This document shows, in pieces, positions 52,662 through 62,464 of a stretch of 64,000 nucleotides of DNA (positions are counted from its first letter, which is position 1; the number at the start of each line of letters is the position of its first letter). Location: positions 168,646-232,645 of the forward strand of contig CAVSBO010000005.1 of the NCBI GenBank assembly GCA_963726195.1. Direction: 5' to 3'. Both the position numbers and the translations under genes were made by a program. This stretch comes from Candidatus Thorarchaeota archaeon (GTDB lineage Archaea > Asgardarchaeota > Thorarchaeia > Thorarchaeales > Thorarchaeaceae). The notes under the pieces were generated by a model. That model was given only the letters and a program-made list of their open reading frames with translations. It was not told the origin of the DNA and did no database searches.

Positions 52662-54092
52662 ATGTCCGCACCAAAGCCCAAGTACTCGCCTAGGGGCTAC
52701 CAAACCTACATCCTAGACAGAATATCCGAACTCCGAGGCACCAATGTGCTCCTCGAACTCGATTGCGGTCTGGGCAAGAGATACATAACGCACCAGATTG
52801 TGGCGAACCGATTCCCTGAATCAAAAGCATTGATTGTTGTGCATTCCTCTTCGTCCTTGGCAGAGACAGTGGACTACCTCAGAGGCGAGTACGGCGGTCT
52901 TGAGGAGGAGCTGGGAGAGCTTTCTTCGAGGATTCCCTCGGGTCAGAGACGGCGCGAGCTGAAAGAGAAGCGTGTGATAGTTGCAACTCCGCAGGTTCTT
53001 GCCTCGCTGGCAAGTTCTGATATTGATTTGTTTCAGTCCTTCGAGATTCTCCTCATCAACGAAGTGGATACGCTTGTGAGAAGAACGGGCGAGGCCTCAA
53101 CATTGGTATATCCTTGGTCGACATTGCTGACCCTCTTCAAAGACAAGTGGCTGATAGGCATGAGTGGCACCCTCCGGGATGATCACGCTGTCTTCACTGA
53201 GGACCAGCTGGAAATCAGGAACGAGCTTATGACACTCAAGGAGCACATGCCTGGCGCTGTCGTAATCACTATGGAGGAGCTTTACGGGACTGACGTGGAG
53301 GACTTTCTGGAGGAGACCTTTCTAGGCGTCAGTCTGGTGAACGACACGAGAATCAAGTCGCTATCTGCAGTACTTGACGAACTGATTCGAAGCACTCGAG
53401 CCGAAATCATGAAGGATCTCTCAGAGTCCGACAACGTTCGGCTCGTAGAGGGCGACTCCAGAAGAGTGCATCTCCTTCTTGACCGGTTGCCCATCACGGA
53501 TGAGCTCAAGGGACGTTATTCGTCTCTCCTGCTGCTGCGTAAGTATGTCTATGCTATGCCACCCAAGCAGTTCCTGAAGTCTTTCCGCGGGGATTACGTC
53601 AAACACTACTTCAACGCCAGCGAAATCAGCCGGATTCTTCCAACTGTGTCTGCTAAGGCGCTTCGTGCCCTCGAACTCGCCGCAAGACGCAGCAAGACAG
53701 TTGTGCTGACCTCCTATCTTGAAATGGTGGAACAGGTCAGGGATGTCCTTGAGAATTCTGGCATCTCTGTCTTGACTGTGACTGGCGCGACCAGAGACAA
53801 GGGCGAGATACTCAAGCAGTTCAGAGAAGACGGAGAGAAGCAGGTTCTCGTGATGTCACCGGTTGGCGAACGAGATCTTGACATTCCTCAAGCCGAATTA
53901 ATGGTCGTCTGCGACACGATCAACACAACCAAGACGATGTATCAGAAGTTCAAGCGAACAAGAGGCGGGCTGGTTTTGCTTCTTGCTTACGCCGATACCT
54001 CGGAAGAGCGCAAGGTGCGAAGACTGATGAAATCAGTCCTCGAGAGATACCCTTGGTCCACTGCGGTCGTTGAGCCCAACAGTGCTGGATGA
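52662..54092 (+). CDS. Hef/ERCC4-helicase-like SF2 protein with degenerate ATPase motifs and no nuclease domain
   Basis: PRGYQ, LDCGLGKR, VATPQV, INEVD, GMSGT, VGERDLDIP, YQKFKRTRG. Confidence 0.75.
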   Translation: MSAPKPKYSPRGYQTYILDRISELRGTNVLLELDCGLGKRYITHQIVANRFPESKALIVVHSSSSLAETVDYLRGEYGGLEEELGELSSRIPSGQRRRELKEKRVIVATPQVLASLASSDIDLFQSFEILLINEVDTLVRRTGEASTLVYPWSTLLTLFKDKWLIGMSGTLRDDHAVFTEDQLEIRNELMTLKEHMPGAVVITMEELYGTDVEDFLEETFLGVSLVNDTRIKSLSAVLDELIRSTRAEIMKDLSESDNVRLVEGDSRRVHLLLDRLPITDELKGRYSSLLLLRKYVYAMPPKQFLKSFRGDYVKHYFNASEISRILPTVSAKALRALELAARRSKTVVLTSYLEMVEQVRDVLENSGISVLTVTGATRDKGEILKQFREDGEKQVLVMSPVGERDLDIPQAELMVVCDTINTTKTMYQKFKRTRGGLVLLLAYADTSEERKVRRLMKSVLERYPWSTAVVEPNSAG

Positions 54093-54213
54093 ATCGCCGA
54101 ATCTGTAGCAGCCGCGAGTCCCATGCATGTTGAGTCGAGATATGCCGAATCCTTGTCAAGAAAAGAAGAAAGCCGCAGGCCATCATTGTATTGCGACCTG
54201 CGCTATCTACTCT

Positions 54214-55134
54214 CTATTCCGGCCCGCCTGTGAACACATAGGTCTGAGTGATCAGGTTGAACAGAGGCTCGTAGAACTTGGGCTCGACAGTCGAGTACAC
54301 GTATTTGCACATCTCGATGAATTCCTTAGTGCGCGCGTCAGCATCCGAGCCAGATCCAAGAATCTTCTCAGCCGACCTCGTTAGTGATCTGATAATGCCT
54401 TTGGCCCTCTTTTCCTGTTCGAGGATCTTCGTCGCGTCCTGCTCCAATCTCTGCACCACGCTCTTTACTCTGATGTCTGCAATCTTGTCAGAGCCCATCG
54501 ACTTGACCAAGTCCATGAGAACATCGAGCGTGGAATTGTGAAGTCCGTTGACCAGAGCCTCTATCTCATACGCGGTGTACTTCAGCTTATCATCATCGAC
54601 AGACAATTCCCATTTTAGATCGCTTGTTCTCTGCAATGCGATTCTGCGGTCTCCAATCACAATGTCTTCTTGATAGAACCTGCTGTCAAGACTTGTGACT
54701 ACCGCGGTCTTGAGCAGAGCAGCCTCGTAAAGCTTGAGCCTTAATGGCTTGCCACCGCTCTTCACAGTTAGGCAATACCCGTCATCTGGCTCAATCTTCT
54801 GAGCATAATCACTAGATGGAACCGCCTGTACTGGTGGAAGATGCCTCAGTACTTCCGCAACCTCATTCACCTCCTCCTCAGTACAGCTGTAGGAGTGACC
54901 GTCACCTGAAACCATTATGGCACCGTCAGGTGTTCTTTCAAAATCGATCTTATTGCCGCTTCCAACATCCGTGGTTTTGATGTAGCTCTGCTTATAGCTG
55001 CGTGCGGTCTGCGCCAGCTTCTCGAGCGCCGCAGCCACCATGTGAGCTTCTCCGTACCCCAGAGTAATCTCAGCAGTACCTTCAGAGCCGCGTCCTAGAC
55101 CTACTGCACCATCCTTTCTCATCTTGACGTACAA
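54214..55134 (-). CDS. Hypothetical protein with four beta-beta-alpha repeats and a helical C-terminus
   Basis: Long clean ORF with internal repeats ending in ..E...(L/V)...L helices. Confidence 0.6.
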   Translation of the reverse strand: MYVKMRKDGAVGLGRGSEGTAEITLGYGEAHMVAAALEKLAQTARSYKQSYIKTTDVGSGNKIDFERTPDGAIMVSGDGHSYSCTEEEVNEVAEVLRHLPPVQAVPSSDYAQKIEPDDGYCLTVKSGGKPLRLKLYEAALLKTAVVTSLDSRFYQEDIVIGDRRIALQRTSDLKWELSVDDDKLKYTAYEIEALVNGLHNSTLDVLMDLVKSMGSDKIADIRVKSVVQRLEQDATKILEQEKRAKGIIRSLTRSAEKILGSGSDADARTKEFIEMCKYVYSTVEPKFYEPLFNLITQTYVFTGGPE

Positions 55135-55237
55135 ACAAAAGCACCCATGTTTTAGCATGAGTGGATGCAGAAAACTATTGCGGGGAGGGATAGTTCGAGG
55201 TGATTACATCCAATCTGCTGCCCCGAAAATGGCGTTT

Positions 55238-56351
55238 TCACGGAACAGGCTTCGCAGCCTCCAAGGGTTGGCTCCAGTAACCTTCCCTGATTTCATGTAT
55301 CTTCTGAACATCACCTAGCGGATGTATCATCGATGCCAATGAGCCAGCACGAAAGAATCTCGCATGCCGACAGGCTTGAAGCGTCGCACTGTCACGGGGG
55401 TCAACTAGGATGCTCGCCACAGCACAGTCTAATCGATTTGCCGCGAACTCTCTCAACTTCATCAGGACTTCTGCAAGATTCACTGAATCCCGTCTGCCCT
55501 CAGCGATAAGAGGGTTAGCGATGCTGGCCATGTGCATCGTCTTGCCCCACACCATTGTCCTAATCGACGACATGGTCACAACGCCGGCCATCTGTCGTGA
55601 GCTCGCAACCTCGAACACACCAACCGCTTCCTCTGGTCTTGAACTGCAATACCACTTCGCATACTTCTCTCCCATCACCAGAGAACCGTTCCTCTGTTTC
55701 TTAGTCTCGCTATTCACGAGTAATGAGACTTGGGCGTCTGCATTACCAACTACCCTCAACTTAGTATTGCCGCTGAAGCGTCTGGTGCTCCTCATGCTGA
55801 GAATAGAGTCCAAGACAAGGACGGGAATCGAAAGCGCAAGACCAGCTGCAGAGGTACCGTTTTCTTTGCGGAGTGGTGAAACCATGGCTATGGGCTTGAC
55901 GAAGGTCCTGAAGCCAAGTGAGTGATAGATTCGGATTGCCTTTCCATACGGATTTGCGGTAAGGTGGATTGCCCAGCAGCCACGCTTCTTCGCTAACTCA
56001 ACTGCTCGCTTCATCAAATCTGTGGCATAACCTTGGCGACGGTAGTGAGGGTGAGTTGACACATCGCCAACCAGCGCGATTAAGCTTGGGCGATCCGTTG
56101 ACGGTCATCGTGACATATGTCATCACGATTGAAGAGATAATTCTGCCCGAATCTTCGACGACGAATACTGACTCTGGGACAAAACCTGGGCGAAGCAAAT
56201 ACCTCCATGTCCAGAGCTCTGGTGTATACGGGGTGTATCCGCCGCTCTGGCCAAAGCAGATATTGAAGAGGCGTGCTATCGCAAACTCGTCGCCCTTTTT
56301 GTACGTACGTACAAGCGATTTACTTTCACCGTATTGCTCCAAAGCATTCAC
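55238..56351 (-). CDS. GNAT family acetyltransferase (Eis-like, frameshift near 56075)
   Basis: VRTYKKGDE, VSTHPHYRRQGYA, AIRIYHSLGF. Confidence 0.8.
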
Positions 56352-56400
56352 CCGGTTCTTTCACCAGACTTTAAGTACTGGGTGCTGATGCATTCGTCTC

Positions 56401-57978
56401 GTGCACTGGCATCCAACGAATAGGACTATCTCTTTGATTGCATTTTTGCTGATGGTTCTGGCACCTTATTCTTTTGCCTTAGGTTCGTCTCAATGTCCGA
56501 TACCATGCATGAGTGTCAATTTCTCTGCGTTGTCGTCCTTGACAGGCACGTCTCGTGGCCCCTTGATGTATGATGTGACGAATCACTCAGCAGGAGTGTT
56601 CTGGCGGACATCAGGTCCTGCCAACGCGAGCGTTCAATACGGATTGAACAGCAGTCTTCTAGAAACAGTCAGCAATTCCACGCTAGATAGTAGCCACAGA
56701 ATCATACTCTCCGGGCTTGCGTCCGGCACTACGTACTACTACAAAGTTGTTTCAGACGGAAATGCAAGTCTCACCTACCACTTCAAGACGGCACCCCTTG
56801 ACGGGCAGGCATTCAAGGTGTTAATCTTCGGTGACAACAGGCCTGCATTTGATGTGTCTACCGAGCCCGCAGAATTCGTGAAGATTGTCAATTTGACAAT
56901 TGCCGAAGAGCCGAGTATTGTGATTCTAGTCGGAGATTATGTCTACAGCGTAACCACGGATGATGCAAGCAACAACGCCAAGTGGTCTGCGTTCGAGGCC
57001 ATCATCGACAAGCTTGGTCACTATGCTCCGGTTTACGGCGCGATCGGCAATCATGACGCGGCGCTTTCGACCGGAACAGTCAGGATAGAGTACTTCCTTC
57101 ACGCATTCGAGCAGGATAACATGCCATCGCCCTACTATTGTTTCGACTATGCTGGGGTACGCTTCGTGATTCTCGACACAGAGGCCTCCGGTCCTGTGGG
57201 TCGTATCACTGGTGCACAGCTCACATGGCTGAAAAGCACACTGGAGACCGCAGGATCCCACATGGAGTTCGTGGTCGCTCACGAACCCATGTACCCAATC
57301 AGCCATATCGGCAGCTCGTTGGATACGAACATTACAGAGCGCGATGCGCTTCAGCAGCTGTTCGAGTCAACAAACGTAACTGTGTTTGCTGCTGGTCATG
57401 ACCATTTGTTCAATCGCATGACTGTGAATGGAATGGTCCATGTGATAACCGGCGGTGGAGGTGCTCCGCTCTACCCTTCTGCTTGGGGTGGTGCATTTTT
57501 CCATTACACGAGATTCGACGTTAGCAAAGACTCGGTCAACATATCTGCAATCGGGCTGGATTCACAGGTCAAAGAGAACTACAAGTTGCCATATACTGGG
57601 CCTATTGAGATATTCCTGAGAGTTGTTGCGAACACTTCACAGAGCGTTGCAGGGACATTGCCGTCTATCTACTTCAGCCATGTGCCAGCACAGAAATTCT
57701 ACTCATGGGACGGCGGTTCTAACGCGACTGTTCTGACAGGATTCCCCGGCGCTCCCGGACAGCACATACTCGATGTCTATGCAAGAAACAGCACCGGAGC
57801 TTGGAGTCATGCGCGCTTCGTGTTCACAACTGCGGGTACCACCAGCTCGACAACAACCACGACCACCCCAAGTCAACCCTCAGGTATGCTGGCTGAGTCG
57901 ATATTGCTGGTCAGTGTCGCAGGGGTTGTCACAGTCGCAATCCTATGGCTCTGGCTGCGCTCGCGCAAACCGAGGTAA
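56401..57978 (+). CDS. Secreted, membrane-anchored purple-acid-phosphatase-like metallophosphoesterase
   Basis: Signal peptide, FN3-like LSGLASGTTYYYKV, GDNR, GDYV, GNHD, AHEP, GHDH, TGGGGAP, Thr-rich linker and C-terminal TM. Confidence 0.9.
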   Translation: MHWHPTNRTISLIAFLLMVLAPYSFALGSSQCPIPCMSVNFSALSSLTGTSRGPLMYDVTNHSAGVFWRTSGPANASVQYGLNSSLLETVSNSTLDSSHRIILSGLASGTTYYYKVVSDGNASLTYHFKTAPLDGQAFKVLIFGDNRPAFDVSTEPAEFVKIVNLTIAEEPSIVILVGDYVYSVTTDDASNNAKWSAFEAIIDKLGHYAPVYGAIGNHDAALSTGTVRIEYFLHAFEQDNMPSPYYCFDYAGVRFVILDTEASGPVGRITGAQLTWLKSTLETAGSHMEFVVAHEPMYPISHIGSSLDTNITERDALQQLFESTNVTVFAAGHDHLFNRMTVNGMVHVITGGGGAPLYPSAWGGAFFHYTRFDVSKDSVNISAIGLDSQVKENYKLPYTGPIEIFLRVVANTSQSVAGTLPSIYFSHVPAQKFYSWDGGSNATVLTGFPGAPGQHILDVYARNSTGAWSHARFVFTTAGTTSSTTTTTTPSQPSGMLAESILLVSVAGVVTVAILWLWLRSRKPR

Positions 57979-58128
57979 TCCAACCAAACCCTGTTCAAGC
58001 TACCTAAACGGCTCTGAATGAAAAAAGCACAGGCCCTTCAGACATTGTTCTCGATAGTGCCCATCGACTAAAGGAGCTATCAAAGATGTGTGCAGAAGGT
58101 CACAGGGACCTCCTGTCACTCTGTTCAA

Positions 58129-58491
58129 CTACACTGGTGTGTCCTTGACGTCAAACGCGAGGTTTCCTGCTTCTTTGGTCTTGATGGAGATGTCAATCTT
58201 GTGCTCAGCTTTGGCTAGAGGCTTACCCTTGCAGTGAATTGCTATCTCCACGCCGACCTTGATTGGAAAGCCCTTGGCCTCACTGATATCGGATGCCTTG
58301 ATCTTCGTGGCTTCCGAGGATATCAATGTGTCAGCCAGCGGGTACTCTACGTTGTCCACTTTGATAGGTGACATCCCAATGGCTGTGCCCGGTGAAAGTG
58401 TGTTCTTGATTTTGAAATCGAAACCATCGCCGACGTTCTTGAGGCTCCCTTTAATGTATAGCTTCCTGAGAAGGAATGCTGGTATCTGCAT
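58129..58491 (-). CDS. Small beta-rich protein resembling the N-terminal module of some HMG-CoA reductases (DUF6379-like)
   Basis: IPAFLLRKLYIKGSLKN..GF.F.IKN pattern, recalled from that family. Confidence 0.5.
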   Translation of the reverse strand: MQIPAFLLRKLYIKGSLKNVGDGFDFKIKNTLSPGTAIGMSPIKVDNVEYPLADTLISSEATKIKASDISEAKGFPIKVGVEIAIHCKGKPLAKAEHKIDISIKTKEAGNLAFDVKDTPV

Positions 58492-58726
58492 CTAACTTGT
58501 TTCCTCCAAGGAGGTTAGTACCTTCTGTTGTCAAGAGAACGATTACTTATACGTTCCGAACTCTGTCTAGAGGAAGGAATCGCTCAGTGGACCTCTTTGG
58601 CATAGTATCTGGGGCCAACCTAGGGCAGAATTGCCAAGAACCCCGCGCAGAAATCGCACGGGTTTGGCAAAGGTAATAAAGCTCCGCCCTTACGCGCTAA
58701 CCTAGACAAGCCCAAGGGGATTGGTC

Positions 58727-59081
58727 ATGCAGTTCACTATATTCGACCCATTTCAGATGTTTGGGATGTTCAATGTCCTGTTCATTGTCATTACGGCTTT
58801 CGTCATGGTCATCATAATCATCGTCTTCGTGACCGTATGCCGGGTAGGCGCCCAGGCAGCAAGAGGCATTCTTGTGAACGTACCCCAGTCAGCTGATTCC
58901 AGAACAATACCGGGGTGTGACTGGACCTGGCGGGACCGAGATCCGGACAGTCCGATTGCCTGAGCGATGCCCAACCTGTGGTGCCGCAATTGCGTCCGAG
59001 GGCATTGACTGGGTCGGTCCTCTTGAAGCAAAATGCAACTACTGCGGCGGTACGGTTAAGGCTCAGCTGGAAAGAGTGTAG
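58727..59081 (+). CDS. Single-TM protein with C-terminal zinc ribbon (frameshifted)
   Basis: TM LFIVITAFVMVIIIIVFV; the downstream frames give LPERCP.CGA...DWVGPLEAKCNYCGG. Confidence 0.6.
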
Positions 59082-59103
59082 TCGCTCGTGCACGTAACGC
59101 CAG

Positions 59104-59111
59104 CTTAAGAA
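59104..59111 (+). promoter_or_regulatory. Candidate TATA box (CTTAAGAA) for the gelsolin-domain gene
   Basis: Lies 22 nt upstream of the ATG at 59134. Confidence 0.35.
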
Positions 59112-59133
59112 GGAATGGAGGCACGGCTGTCTT

Positions 59134-59460
59134 ATGGCCAGAGGAGTCGAGCTACTTGAAGACGGAACACATCTTGCCACAGAGGTGAAGAAAGAGAGCC
59201 TCCAACCTACAAAGGTCTTCTGTATCGTGGACGACTCGACTCGCAGTGTATTCTTATGGAAGGGCAGTCAATCCGGAATGAGGAAGCAACTCGCTGGCGC
59301 ACTTGCAGCGACGGAGATTAGGCTTGAGTATGGCGAGAGGTTTAGGGTTCAGGCAATAGATCAAGGCGAAGAGCCGGCCAGCTTTCTTAGTCTCTTCGAG
59401 GTCGAGGCCGCACGAACCGGTGCCCCGAAGCAACCTACAAGAAAGGACAGAAGAGAATGA
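59134..59460 (+). CDS. Single-domain gelsolin-like protein
   Basis: VFCIVDDSTRSVFLWKG...IDQGEEPASFLSLF is a gelsolin-domain signature. Confidence 0.8.
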   Translation: MARGVELLEDGTHLATEVKKESLQPTKVFCIVDDSTRSVFLWKGSQSGMRKQLAGALAATEIRLEYGERFRVQAIDQGEEPASFLSLFEVEAARTGAPKQPTRKDRRE

Positions 59461-59829
59461 GTTGCCGGTGGAAGAGGGAGGTTTCCACCGGCGGAGCAGA
59501 TGTCGGATTTCGAGGCTTGACACAAGTAATCCAAGCCGCTCATTGTGTCTTGGACAAAGTTGTACACAGGAGTCTTTGTCCGCCCAGAAGCGGCACTGGG
59601 TTTCAACTCCTTGAGGTCAAGTTCGTGTCGGTCCAACCTCGAGAGTTAGATTCCTCGCTCCAGCTTATATGCTCCTACAAAAGACTACCGACATTGTCCC
59701 AGTTTCCTTCCGCCGCTGAAGAAACATATCGACACTTAATCCACTTCTGATGGTACAGGGCAACCAAGAATATCAAAGGGTAATGCTGTGATTGCTTTCG
59801 GCAGGTATTTCCCGCTCGACTCATTATGA

Positions 59830-60637
59830 GTGCTTGGGTGTCGCCACTTGAGCAAGCAGCCGCCAGACGAACAGGAAATCGGGCCGGGTTACGAGGGAAT
59901 AGGAGAGTTCTTTGACCTCTTTGCTGGGACCGCGGACTTACCCTTCTATGTTCAGTATGCAAGGCAACAGGGATCTCCCATACTCGACATTGCTGCAGGT
60001 GCTGGCCGAGTCACCTTGGCATTGGCTCGAGAGGGATTTGAGGTAACTGCTCTTGAGAAGTCACCATCCATGCTTGCAGAGATGAGAAAAAGGCTTCAGA
60101 CATCACCCAAAGAGATTTCGCAGCGCGTGAAGGTTGTGGAGGGCGACATGACACATTTCGCGATTGGTCGCAAATATCGCCTCGCAATCATACCGGCGTC
60201 ATTCGCTCATGCAATGACGACTGATAAGCAGCTGGCAACGCTCACATGTATCCGGAAGCATCTAGTGCCGGGCGGCCTGTTCATTCTCGATTTGCACGTC
60301 GGAGCACTACTGCCCGAAGAACTAAAGTTCGAAGAACCGCAGGCAACTCTTCCCGATGGCAGGATTGTGACTCGGTCCGGAGTGATTCATACTGATATGG
60401 TCCGACAAATCATGAAAGTGGATCTCAAATACACAGTGAGTCGAACGTCAGAAGGCCGGGTCCGGGACGAACACTCAGTAGACGTTACTTCGGGAGCTGC
60501 GGTGATCTATAACAGAGAGGCAGATCTCCTCATCAAAATGGCCGGTTTCACCGTTGAGGACGAGCTGAGGAGGTTTTGACGGCCGCCCGTATGCCCCTGA
60601 ATGTGACAGACGCGTTCTATTACTCAGAGCCCGATAA
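59830..60637 (+). CDS. Class I SAM-dependent methyltransferase (C-terminal frameshift near 60570)
   Basis: ILDIAAGAGRV, EKSPSML, EGDM, HLVPGGLFILD. Confidence 0.88.
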
Positions 60638-60691
60638 GGATTCTCAAAACGCACGAGTTGGCGAGAACTGTCTGCTCAGGTGTTTACGTGC

Positions 60692-61939
60692 TTAACTGGT
60701 GCCCAATAGCTGGTCAGGCGAAGGAAGAGCGTCCACTTTTCTGGGTTGAGTTCTCAGAGTAACGCGGTCTTCGACTTGACAGCTTTCGGTGTAGAGAATC
60801 TCTCCTTCGACCGTGGCTTCCCTCTCTATGTATATGACCCGGCCGTATAGGTTCTTCACTCTGCCCCTTTCCTCAACGCGAATGTCATCGCCGTAGAGAG
60901 TGTCAGCTCTCGCCCGCTCCCTAATCAGAATGCTCTTGCCCTCCACGAAACCTTGGACCTCACCCCTCTTGCCAATCCGGAGCGTATTCGTCACCTTCGC
61001 ATGCTCAGTAACGATTCTGCCGCCCACATCAATTGTGTCACCGTCGATCCTGCCTTTGACCGTCAGACTGCCGCCCACATCGATTCTTGAACATTGAAGG
61101 TTCTCCTCGATATCGACCGCGCCACCTACATCAAGCATTTCCTTCAAGAATAGCGATTTCTCAACATGCAGACTCCCGCCGACATCGACTGAAGTTCCCC
61201 TAGCAGGGCCTTGAATTCTCACTGTTCCCCCAACGTCGATGTCACCGAAATCGAAGTTCCCAGTTGACCTGAACGAGCCGCCAACATCGATTGAGGCCAC
61301 TCTGGAGCCTGGGCCCACCACCACAGATCCCCCGACATCAATCTTCTCTATTTCGACAGCGCCTTCGGCCTTGAATGAGCCTCCTATGGTAATCTTACCT
61401 ATTCTGCCGTAGTTACACTTCCCACTACCGCCTACGTCGAACTCCTGTGCATCAATCCTTCCGTGTACACTAATCGACCCGCCAGCCTCTAGTCTTTCGA
61501 CTTCTGCATCTTTTTCTATGGCAATAGACCCACCGGCTGACAGCCTCATGGATTTCGCACTGCCTCTCACTCTTATGGAGTCGCCAGCCTTGGCATTGGA
61601 ACAATCGAGGTTGCCATCTACTGTCAGGTGGCCATCTACGCTGATTTGCCTAGCCGTAAGAGTTCCTCTAATCTCAATACTTCCTCTTTCTACAACAAGC
61701 GATGTCTCAATGGTGAGGTCGCCCCCAATCTCTAGAAGCTCGCAGCCCTTTGCTTCTAATCCATGAGCCCTGAGCGACCCTTGCACTGCACAGTCTCCTT
61801 TTATTCGGAGTATTCCTCCGACCACAATCTCAGTACCCTGTTCAGGGGTCATGGACCGACAGTCGCGGACCTCAACATCACCCTGTACTGTACCGAGCTC
61901 GATGCTGTCTCGGTTCTTGAATACCAGAGCATCTGTCAT
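60692..61939 (-). CDS. Extended bactofilin-like (polymer-forming) beta-helix protein
   Basis: Many ~15-16-aa rungs with DVGGS/AGGS turns; C-terminal GDDIRVE...LYGRVIYIEREATVEGEILY. Confidence 0.7.
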   Translation of the reverse strand: MTDALVFKNRDSIELGTVQGDVEVRDCRSMTPEQGTEIVVGGILRIKGDCAVQGSLRAHGLEAKGCELLEIGGDLTIETSLVVERGSIEIRGTLTARQISVDGHLTVDGNLDCSNAKAGDSIRVRGSAKSMRLSAGGSIAIEKDAEVERLEAGGSISVHGRIDAQEFDVGGSGKCNYGRIGKITIGGSFKAEGAVEIEKIDVGGSVVVGPGSRVASIDVGGSFRSTGNFDFGDIDVGGTVRIQGPARGTSVDVGGSLHVEKSLFLKEMLDVGGAVDIEENLQCSRIDVGGSLTVKGRIDGDTIDVGGRIVTEHAKVTNTLRIGKRGEVQGFVEGKSILIRERARADTLYGDDIRVEERGRVKNLYGRVIYIEREATVEGEILYTESCQVEDRVTLRTQPRKVDALPSPDQLLGTS

Positions 61940-62028
61940 TCGTCTTCTACCTCACATTTTCGAGTATTGTCAGCTTTCGTTCCATTATAAACCGGAGCCA
62001 CGCCAAAGGGTCACAATATGTTACTAGG

Positions 62029-62334
62029 CTACATTCCCATTATAGGTTCTGGAACTGGAATTCCAACTAGCCCCGCCATTCTCTTGTATATCTCAAGGTA
62101 TTGATTTCCTCGGACAGTTACTTTGTAGACGCGTTTGCCCTCGTCGTCTTCCGTTTCAAGAAGGCCCCTAGCACAGAGGTAATCTATGGCCTCCTTCGCC
62201 CGGTCGACAGGCATATTGGTTGATCTTGCGGCACGCGTTAACGGACAATAGCCGTATACATATACCACTCTGATTATCTCAGCGAAGATGTCATACCGGG
62301 TCCGCTTTAGGAGGTCGCTTTTTCTGCTAGGCAT
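62029..62334 (-). CDS. Archaeal winged-helix transcriptional regulator (HTH_45-like)
   Basis: RTRYDIFAEII...TRAARSTNM...YKVTVRGNQYL. Confidence 0.85.
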   Translation of the reverse strand: MPSRKSDLLKRTRYDIFAEIIRVVYVYGYCPLTRAARSTNMPVDRAKEAIDYLCARGLLETEDDEGKRVYKVTVRGNQYLEIYKRMAGLVGIPVPEPIMGM

Positions 62335-62464
62335 ACCTTTGCACTCGACGCTACACACTTACCCGTGTGATAAAAAGGCAGTGTCGCGAATGGAGCACAC
62401 CAACAAAGAATGCTTATGTTCAGAGTCCGCGAACACTCGGCCTCTCAGGAGCTGATACACGAGA

